DNA from: an uncultured Gammaproteobacteria bacterium
GTDB lineage: Bacteria; Patescibacteriota; Microgenomatia; Daviesbacterales; UBA10151
Length of the DNA: 64,000 bases
Direction: 5' to 3'
Assembly: GCA_964640215.1 (NCBI GenBank)
Contig: CAZXEW010000030.1
Span: 17,920-81,919 of the forward strand
Shown here: positions 57,406 through 64,000 of the stretch, in pieces
Numbering within the stretch: the first letter of the stretch is position 1
How the letters are laid out: each line of letters opens with the position of its first letter
The notes under the pieces: model-generated
Database searches by the model: none
What the model was told of the DNA's origin: nothing
Seen by the model: the letters and a program-made list of their open reading frames with translations, nothing else
Position numbers and translations under genes: made by a program

Positions 57406-57500
57406 GGTCGAACAATAATTAGGATGGTCGAACAATAATTAGGATGGTCGAACAATAATTAGGATGGTCGAACAATAATTAGGATGGTCGAACAATATTT
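57406..57500. repeat. tandem repeat, 20-bp unit GGTCGAACAATAATTAGGAT x4.7, between the HD gene and serS
   Basis: Four perfect copies (57406, 57426, 57446, 57466) plus a partial fifth. No spacers. Confidence 0.85.
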
Positions 57501-57549
57501 TTTGAGCACCTCATTAATATTCTTCGAAGCCTAGTCGAGAAGTACAGAT

Positions 57550-58839
57550 ATGTTAGACATTAAATTTATTAGAGAAAATACAGATTTGGTTAGGAAGGCG
57601 GTTCGAGATAAGAACTCGAGTGTGGATTTGGATCAGTTGCTAAGGGTTGATGAGAAGAGACGAGTTTTGACCACTCAAGTCGAAGCTCTGCGTCAGCAGC
57701 GAAATGAAGCAGCGGCAAGTAAGGACGTTGAGCGAGGTAGATCGATAAAGGGAGAGTTGGGGAAACTAGAGGCGGATTTGGTCGTCGTCAGTAAGGATTA
57801 TTTTGAGTTGATGATTCAGGTGCCGAATATACCGCTGGCTGATGTGCCTATCGGTAAAGATGACAGCGAGAATGTGGTGGTCCGGAAATGGGGAGAGCCG
57901 AAAAAGTTTGATTTTGAGGTCAAAGATCATTTTGAGTTAGGTAAAGCGCTCGACTTAATTGATACGGAGACGGCGGCGGCGGTGACGGGGTCGCGATTTA
58001 CATATTTGAAAAATCAAGCGGTCGGGCTGCAATTTGCGCTGATTCAATATGCTTTTTCGATTTTGCAGGACCAGGCTATCTTAAAAGAGATTGCCGAGAA
58101 AGTAGCACCGGGTTTTAGTTCAAAAGTGTTTACTCCAGTTGTTCCGCCGGTGATGATCCGCCCGGAGGTCTATACAAAAATGGCCCGACTCGATCCGGAA
58201 CAGGCTGAGGAGCGCTACTATCTTCAAAAAGACGATATTTATTTGATTGGTAGTGCCGAGCACACATTAGGACCGATGCATATGGACCAGATTTTGGATG
58301 AGGAAGGGTTGCCGATTAGGTATGTCGGTTATTCAACCAGTTTTCGGAGAGAGGCTGGTTCGTATGGTCGCGATGTTAAGGGGATTTTGCGGATGCATCA
58401 GTTCGATAAAGTCGAAATGGAGTCGTTTTGTTTGCCGGAGAATTCAGCGCAGGAGCAGGAATTTTTTGTCGCAATCCAGGAGCATTTAATGCAGATGTTG
58501 AAGATTCCCTACCAAATCGTCAACGTCTGTACTGGTGATATGGGTGGACCGGATGCGCGTCATTTTGATGTGGAATGTTGGGTACCGGCCCAAAAGAAAT
58601 ACCGGGAGACGCATAGTGCGGATTTAGTGACTGACTATCAGGCTAGACGATTGGGAACTAAGTGTCGACGAAAAGATGGAAAGGTCGAGTTTATCCATAT
58701 GAATGATGCGACTGTTTTTGCGATTGGACGGACTTTAATTGCGATTATGGAAAATTATCAGCGGATGGATGGTTCGATTGAAGTGCCAGAGGTGTTGGTT
58801 CCATATACTGGTTTTACAGAGATTACCCCAAAAAATTAA
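57550..58839 (+). CDS. serS: seryl-tRNA synthetase
   Basis: N-terminal coiled-coil MLDIKFIRENTDLVRKAVRDK. Class II core with motifs 2 and 3. 429 aa. Confidence 0.9.
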   Translation: MLDIKFIRENTDLVRKAVRDKNSSVDLDQLLRVDEKRRVLTTQVEALRQQRNEAAASKDVERGRSIKGELGKLEADLVVVSKDYFELMIQVPNIPLADVPIGKDDSENVVVRKWGEPKKFDFEVKDHFELGKALDLIDTETAAAVTGSRFTYLKNQAVGLQFALIQYAFSILQDQAILKEIAEKVAPGFSSKVFTPVVPPVMIRPEVYTKMARLDPEQAEERYYLQKDDIYLIGSAEHTLGPMHMDQILDEEGLPIRYVGYSTSFRREAGSYGRDVKGILRMHQFDKVEMESFCLPENSAQEQEFFVAIQEHLMQMLKIPYQIVNVCTGDMGGPDARHFDVECWVPAQKKYRETHSADLVTDYQARRLGTKCRRKDGKVEFIHMNDATVFAIGRTLIAIMENYQRMDGSIEVPEVLVPYTGFTEITPKN

Positions 58840-58847
58840 TTAGTTTA

Positions 58848-58878
58848 GAGATCCTTCGCTAAGACGCTTCAGGATGAC
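58848..58878. repeat. variant repeat element GAGATCCTTCGCTAAGACGCTTCAGGATGACA downstream of serS
   Basis: Near-identical to 22882-22912. Confidence 0.5.
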
Positions 58879-58894
58879 ATGTTTAGCAGAAAAA

Positions 58895-59887
58895 TTATTT
58901 TGATTTGGGTGTTGGTGAGGCTGGTGATGCGGACGGTGAGCCAATAATGCTGCCTAAAGTGGCAGGGCCAGTGACTGATGAGCCGCTGGCAGTGGCCGGA
59001 GCGGGCGTAGGTTGAATTAGTAGTTTAGGAGGGTTGGTTAAGGGTGGTTGGGTAACGGCAGGGACAGAGGCAGGGGCGGTGGAGGCGCTGGTGTTACCTC
59101 GGCCGAAGAAAAAATATATCGAACCAGCCGCAACTAATAAGACGACGATAACAGCCCCAATTATCATTAGTAGTGTAACCTTGCTGGATTGAGTTCCTTT
59201 GGGTGGTTCTGAGGCTGGGGTAGGTGCGGGGGCAGCAGCGAATTGATTATTGGAGTTGTAGGTCGAAGGATTGTAGACAGAGGAGTTGTTTTGATTATCA
59301 GGCGAGAGGGCAGCGATGTGGGAGAGGTCAGTGGGGGCTGGTTCTGACATTTCCGGTGGAGCTGTGTTAGCAGGAGGCGGAGGAGAGTCGGTGGTTGGTG
59401 GTGCTGGAGGAGGTGTGGGGTCGGAAGTTGGGTTGTTTGGCCAGGGCGGAGTTGGTGGTGGAGTGAAAGGCGGGGAAGTGGGGGTTGGAAATGGTGAGGT
59501 GCCGATGGTGGAGGTGTTTGGGTCGAGGGTGGTGTTGATAGATTGTGGAGTTTGAGGAGGTGGAATTTGAAGAGGATCTACGGTTGGGGTTGGAAAAGGT
59601 GGATTGGTGGATGGTGGTATCGAATCGAACGGTTGGCTCGGCGGATCAGGTGCATGAGGTTGGATGGGAGGGGTTGGATATATAGATGGACCCGTTGGGT
59701 TGTTGAAATTCGGTGCAGGAGGATCGTTAGGGGGAGTTGGAGTGGGAGGCCATGGCAAAGTGGCACCAGGAATGCTAGCAGCGGTGGGATCGTTGGCTAG
59801 AGGTGTGGGTTGAGGTGGTGGGATAGCGGCGCCAGGGACGTTATTGTTTGGATCGCTAGGTGGATTTTGGTTGTTTTGATCGTCCAT
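58895..59887 (-). CDS. proline-rich low-complexity protein with C-terminal TM helix
   Basis: PPxP-rich throughout, one hydrophobic helix LLMIIGAVIVVLLVAAGSIYFFF. Gene status uncertain. Confidence 0.4.
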   Translation of the reverse strand: MDDQNNQNPPSDPNNNVPGAAIPPPQPTPLANDPTAASIPGATLPWPPTPTPPNDPPAPNFNNPTGPSIYPTPPIQPHAPDPPSQPFDSIPPSTNPPFPTPTVDPLQIPPPQTPQSINTTLDPNTSTIGTSPFPTPTSPPFTPPPTPPWPNNPTSDPTPPPAPPTTDSPPPPANTAPPEMSEPAPTDLSHIAALSPDNQNNSSVYNPSTYNSNNQFAAAPAPTPASEPPKGTQSSKVTLLMIIGAVIVVLLVAAGSIYFFFGRGNTSASTAPASVPAVTQPPLTNPPKLLIQPTPAPATASGSSVTGPATLGSIIGSPSASPASPTPKSK

Positions 59888-59944
59888 TTGGGCAGAACTA
59901 CTAGTTTCAAGTTTAAATTAGCCGAGAGTAGTTGTCAATGAGGT

Positions 59945-60238
59945 CTAAGCTTCTGAAATATGAGGAAGTTTGGCAAGTCCCAGGTGGTCTTTGATTTCGT
60001 CGATTTCGCGCTTGTTGCGTTCGTAGGTCAGGGAGATTTTGTCCCAGATCGCTCCGGTTTGCTGATGGATATCTTGAGCTTCTGCGGTAAGTGCGTCAAT
60101 TTTGTCAGTATGTTCTTCTAGGAATTTGGTATGCTCAGACAGAGTCTGTTTAATCGGCGCCAAAGCTTTATCTAAAGCAGTTTCGATTTCTTCTCGGATC
60201 AGAGTACGGAGTCTGTTGATTAAATCATCCTCATTCAT
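59945..60238 (-). CDS. hypothetical small coiled-coil protein
   Basis: 97-aa ORF with weak similarity to 45466..45672. Confidence 0.35.
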   Translation of the reverse strand: MNEDDLINRLRTLIREEIETALDKALAPIKQTLSEHTKFLEEHTDKIDALTAEAQDIHQQTGAIWDKISLTYERNKREIDEIKDHLGLAKLPHISEA

Positions 60239-60351
60239 GGCGTAATTTTACTCCAGGCTTAGGGTAAATACAATACCGAAGCTGGGCGTGCGTTGGTGGC
60301 GTCTCATTTTTGTGAGACATGCGTCTCAATCTGCGATATAATACAGCAACA

Positions 60352-63300
60352 ATGTTGAATATTTTTAATAATTTTCTAGACGCGAATAGGCGGGAGATCA
60401 ATCGGTTGAGTGCGATTGTGGTAAAGATAAATTCCTTTGACGGTAAAATAAAAAAACTGACCGATAAACAACTCAAAGAGAAAACGGCTGATTTTAAAAA
60501 GCGTCTGACAAAAGGTGAATCTCTGGTTGATTTGTTGCCAGAGTCATTCGCGGTGGTGAAAGAGGCCTTTCGGCGGACTCTCAAAATTGATTTATTTGAT
60601 GTCCAGATGATGGCGGCGATCGCGGTCCACTTGGGTAAGATTGCGGAGCAGAAGACGGGAGAGGGTAAGACTTTCTCAGTGGTGCCGGCGATTTATCTGA
60701 ATGCTTTGATCGAGCGGGGGGTGCATGTGGTGACTGTCAATGACTACTTGGCGAGGCGGGATTGCGGGTGGGTGGCGCCGGTGTTTGAGATGCTTGGTTT
60801 GAGGTGTGCGGCGATTATTCATGAAGAAGCGTTTATTTTTAATCCGAGACACAAAGCCGAAGGGATTGATGATCCGCGATTGAAACATCTTCATCCAGTG
60901 TCTCGAAAAGAGGCCTACGACGCGGATATTACCTATGGAACGAATAACGAGTTTGGCTTTGACTATTTGCGTGATAACATGGCTCATACCCTGGCGGATC
61001 AAAAACAACGGGGGCATTATTTTGCGATTGTTGACGAGGTTGACTCAATATTAATCGATGAAGCTAGGACACCGCTGATTATCTCCGCGCCAGCCCAGGA
61101 ACCGACGGATAAATATGTCCGGTTTGGTAAAGTGATTGATCAGTTGTCAGCAGCGACGGATTTTGTGGTTGATGAGAAGCTGCGGACAGCTCACTTGACC
61201 GAGCATGGGACGATCAAGATTGAGAAAATTTTGGGGGTGGAAAATTTGTATGAGAATGATTTTTCGACGCTGCATCATTTGGAAGAGGCTCTGAAAGCCC
61301 GGACGCTGTTTTCGAAAGATAAGGATTATGTGGTTCGAGACGACGAGGTGATTATTGTTGATGAGTTTACGGGGCGGTTGATGCCGGGAAGGCGGTATTC
61401 GGAAGGATTGCATCAGGCGATTGAGGCTAAGGAGGGTGTGACGATCCAGCAGGAGTCTAAGACGATGGCGACGGTTTCGTTTCAGAATTATTTTCGGATG
61501 TATGAAAAGCTAGCCGGGATGACCGGGACAGCGGCGACGGAGGCGGAGGAGTTTCATAAAATTTATAAGCTGGATGTGGTGATCGTGCCGACTAATATGC
61601 CGACCCAGCGCAAAGATCACCCGGATTCGATATTTAAAACAGTTTCAGCCAAATACACGGCGGTGGCGGAGGAGATTGGTAAAATTCATGAGAGCGGCCA
61701 GCCGGTGTTGGTAGGGACGACTTCGATTGAGAAAAATGAGTTTTTATCGGAGCTGCTGAAGCGCAAAAAGATCTCGCATGCCTTGCTGAATGCTAAAAAC
61801 CACCAACGTGAGGCGGAGATCATCGCTGATGCTGGGCAGAAGGGGTCGGTGACGGTGGCGACTAATCTAGCCGGACGAGGAGTGGATATTAAGTTGGCTA
61901 AAGGAGTGCCGGACTTGGGCGGATTGTATGTAATCGGAACCGAGCGACATGAATCGAGGCGGATTGATAATCAGCTGCGGGGGCGCTCAGGCAGGCAGGG
62001 TGATCCAGGGGCGAGTAAATTTTTCGTGTCGCTGGAAGATGATTTGATGCGGATTTTTGGTGGGGAGCAGGTGGCTAAGGTGATGAACTTTTTGAAGGTG
62101 CCGGAGGACACACCGATTGAGAACCCACTAGTGTCGCGGGCGCTGGAAGGGGCCCAGAAAAAAGTCGAGGGGCATAACTTTGATATGCGAAAACACACCG
62201 TTGAATATGACGATGTGATGAATCAGCAGCGCAAGATTATTTACGGGGTCCGCCAGCAGATTTTGGTGGCCGCGTCCACGTCGAACGTGGCTAGCGCAAA
62301 CGCGGCTGGCGCGGCGGCAAATGTGGGTTCATCTTCTGTCATTCCCGCGAAGGTCGAAGATCCCCGAACGGGGGCGGGAATCCATGGATCCCCGAACGGG
62401 GTCGGGGATGACAAAAATGTCGGCTTGAAAGACGACATTTTGGAGAAGGTCCGTAAAGAAGTTGATCAGATCGTCTCGGTTAATGCGCTGGAGGAGGTTA
62501 ATAAAGAGAAGATTATTGAGGAATTTTGCGCGATTATTCCGTTTGATGAGAACAGTCAAAAGGGGTTGGTCCAACAGTTGGGGCAGTTTAGTTCAGGAGA
62601 GCAGATTGGCGAATTTTTAGGGAAGTTGGCGATGGATCTATACGTCCAAAAGGAAAAACAAATGGGGACGGAGGCCGCTCGCCAAATCGAAACTTTTGTC
62701 TATTTGCAGACAATGGATGAGCTATGGATAGAGCATTTGGATACGGTTGATGATCTGCGGAGCGGGATTAATTTGCGGGCTTACGCGCAACGTGATCCGC
62801 TGGTCGAGTATAAGCGCGAGGCTTTTGATCTGTTTGATAAATTGATTCAGGCGATTGACAGTGCTGTAGTCCACCGGATTTACCGGGTGTCGATACCAAA
62901 TCAGCAGCCGATTATGGTCCAGCCAGTCCAGGAAATTCACCAAGAGGCTTTGGATGAAGATTTGTTGAAGGAGGAAGTTGGTCAGCTGATCAGTCCTTTA
63001 GATAGAGACTTGGAAAAATCGGATGCGAACGTACGGGTTGAACGCGATTCATCACCCGTAATTGCCGCTTCTTCTGTCATTCCCGCGGAGGCGGGAACCC
63101 AGTTAAGTCATCCTGAACTCGATTCAGGATCCGGTAATTCCAACACCCGAGTCACTATCGAGCGGGCCGGTGCTAATCCTATTGTTCAGGAAATCCGCGG
63201 CGACGGAGCCACCACCCGGACTCACGCCAAAATCGGCCGCAACGATCCCTGCTGGTGTGGGAGCGGAAAAAAATATAAAAAGTGCCACTATCCCAATTAA
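60352..63300 (+). CDS. secA: preprotein translocase ATPase SecA, with two repeat-encoded in-frame insertions
   Basis: Start placed at MLNIFNNF. DEAD-like motor DEVDSILIDEARTPLIIS. C-terminal zinc finger CWCGSGKKYKKCH. Extra segments VAASTSNVASANAAGAAANVGSSSVIPAKVEDPRTGAGIHGSPNGVGDDKNVG (62272-62412) and SSVIPAEAGT (63076-63097) are encoded by repeats. Confidence 0.9.
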   Translation: MLNIFNNFLDANRREINRLSAIVVKINSFDGKIKKLTDKQLKEKTADFKKRLTKGESLVDLLPESFAVVKEAFRRTLKIDLFDVQMMAAIAVHLGKIAEQKTGEGKTFSVVPAIYLNALIERGVHVVTVNDYLARRDCGWVAPVFEMLGLRCAAIIHEEAFIFNPRHKAEGIDDPRLKHLHPVSRKEAYDADITYGTNNEFGFDYLRDNMAHTLADQKQRGHYFAIVDEVDSILIDEARTPLIISAPAQEPTDKYVRFGKVIDQLSAATDFVVDEKLRTAHLTEHGTIKIEKILGVENLYENDFSTLHHLEEALKARTLFSKDKDYVVRDDEVIIVDEFTGRLMPGRRYSEGLHQAIEAKEGVTIQQESKTMATVSFQNYFRMYEKLAGMTGTAATEAEEFHKIYKLDVVIVPTNMPTQRKDHPDSIFKTVSAKYTAVAEEIGKIHESGQPVLVGTTSIEKNEFLSELLKRKKISHALLNAKNHQREAEIIADAGQKGSVTVATNLAGRGVDIKLAKGVPDLGGLYVIGTERHESRRIDNQLRGRSGRQGDPGASKFFVSLEDDLMRIFGGEQVAKVMNFLKVPEDTPIENPLVSRALEGAQKKVEGHNFDMRKHTVEYDDVMNQQRKIIYGVRQQILVAASTSNVASANAAGAAANVGSSSVIPAKVEDPRTGAGIHGSPNGVGDDKNVGLKDDILEKVRKEVDQIVSVNALEEVNKEKIIEEFCAIIPFDENSQKGLVQQLGQFSSGEQIGEFLGKLAMDLYVQKEKQMGTEAARQIETFVYLQTMDELWIEHLDTVDDLRSGINLRAYAQRDPLVEYKREAFDLFDKLIQAIDSAVVHRIYRVSIPNQQPIMVQPVQEIHQEALDEDLLKEEVGQLISPLDRDLEKSDANVRVERDSSPVIAASSVIPAEAGTQLSHPELDSGSGNSNTRVTIERAGANPIVQEIRGDGATTRTHAKIGRNDPCWCGSGKKYKKCHYPN
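62272..62412. repeat. two adjacent repeat elements inside secA: the GC-rich tRNA-flank family (62272-62318, reverse orientation) and the hairpin family (62338-62412, nested CCCCGAACGGGG hairpins)
   Basis: Read directly. Frame preserved across both. Confidence 0.7.
63076..63097. repeat. hairpin repeat core GTCATTCCCGCGGAGGCGGGAA inside the secA C-terminal linker
   Basis: Identical core to the copy at 21832-21854. Confidence 0.65.
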
Positions 63301-63412
63301 ATTAAATTGGGAGTGTACTTTTCTGCTTTGCAGTAAACGCTGTCACTACCCGAATTAGTGATCGCTTCTGCTAGGCAGTAAGAAGTGTAGTTATCTTATT
63401 TGTGAGTATAAA

Positions 63413-63913
63413 ATGACTGAAAGATTAGTAATTACCGCACCAGAGCAGCGGGAGGTAAATTAGCCGATTATTTTTTTAGCAGGGCCAATTCAAGGAGCAG
63501 AGGATTGGCAAGCTGAAGCCATTAGAATTATTTACGATTTCAATCCTAAAGCGGTAATCGCTTCGCCTCGAAGAAGATCGCTTTCTGAAGAGTTTAATTT
63601 TGATGAGCAGGTAGATTGGGAGACAAAATATTTAGAAAAAGCCGGCCAAAACGGGGTGATTATGTTTTGGTTAGCTAAAGAGGCCGAAGTTGTAGAAGGT
63701 CGAGAGTATGCACAAACAACCAGATGGGAATTGGCCACCTGGAAAGAAAGACATTTAACTAGGGGAGTAAAATTAGTTGTTGGTATTGAAGAAGGATTTT
63801 CTGGTGCAAGATATATAAGAAAAGTGTTAACAAATGAGTGTCCCAGCGTCCCATTGTTCAAAAGGCTTGAAGAAACGTGTTTGGCGGCTTTAGTTATGAA
63901 TGCCGGAAAATAG
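63413..63913 (+). pseudogene. nucleoside 2-deoxyribosyltransferase-like (Rossmann-like) gene interrupted by an in-frame TAG at 63461-63463
   Basis: Translates as MTERLVITAPEQREVN*PIIFLAGPIQGAEDWQAEAIRIIYDF.... The FLAGP motif near the N-terminus is typical of Ndt/LOG-like folds. The ORF track only sees the 85-aa tail from 63656. Confidence 0.4.
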
Positions 63914-64000
63914 GTTCATAATAATTATACTATTGATTGTTAATGTAGCTAAGTCTATCTGCTATACTAAAAAAGTCATGTTTCGTCTGCCTAAAACTTC

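Noticed and set aside
57406-57500. Possible CRISPR array
   Set aside because: The 20-bp units are directly abutting with no spacers, and there are no cas genes. It is a plain tandem repeat.
58895-59887. Pro-rich ORF as an antisense artefact
   Set aside because: No convincing plus-strand gene is present at this position, and a C-terminal TM helix is present. It is kept as a low-confidence CDS rather than rejected outright.
60231-60584. 117-aa minus-strand ORF
   Set aside because: It overlaps the 5' end of secA on the opposite strand. SecA has overwhelming coding evidence, so this ORF is spurious.

Overview
This 64-kb window reads like a chromosomal segment from a small-genome bacterium, with dense, mostly short genes; a Patescibacteria/CPR-like lineage is an inference only. 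About 60 protein genes and one tRNA can be supported from the sequence.

The core content is housekeeping:
- a pentose-phosphate/glycolysis cluster: rpiB-rpe-LOG, a split transketolase (N and C subunits), a PfkB kinase and a class II FBP aldolase;
- nrdR-nrdJ, where the class II RNR carries an intein, plus btuR (AdoCbl supply);
- lon, ppa, gmk, lysS, serS, secA, an AsnA-like ligase and a two-component pair.

A cell-envelope block at 10.5-20.4 kb holds a HAS/NodC/chitin-synthase-type GT2 fused to LysM and a parallel beta-helix. A C-terminally short Ugd homologue sits directly upstream of it. The block also contains a BNR-repeat protein, an FAD oxidase, a DoxX protein and a GT-C membrane glycosyltransferase.

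The parts most worth a second look:
1. A family of short hairpin repeats (core ATTCCCGC-N3-GCGGGAATGAC, often followed by 1-3 GGGAATGAC units) occurs at 9 or more sites. Most are intergenic, but the repeat is also inserted in-frame inside lysS and twice inside secA, giving RGND/PAEAG-type peptide insertions (an RPE-like behaviour). A second GC-rich repeat flanks tRNA-Glu and also sits in-frame in secA.
2. Two cassette insertions are flanked by imperfect direct repeats that duplicate a host gene terminus. An S26-like pseudo-peptidase and a membrane protein lie between the tkt N and C subunits; an MntA/HepT toxin-antitoxin pair lies after nrdJ.
3. A tandemly duplicated module of a small 2-TM di-Cys protein plus an uncharacterised ~220-aa protein (25.5-27.5 kb) sits next to a secreted LCAT-like lipase.
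4. A three-gene cluster of unknown function lies immediately 3' of tRNA-Glu; its first protein has a nucleotidyltransferase-like G(G/S)...DxD motif.
5. A REP-associated tyrosine transposase (RAYT) has its cognate 13-nt palindrome both flanking it and embedded in-frame in its own CDS.
6. Other items: a HicB/HicA pair, a 20-bp x4.7 tandem repeat upstream of serS, an Ndt-like gene with an in-frame TAG, and an S51 peptidase fragment.

No CRISPR array, rRNA or recognisable phage genes were found.
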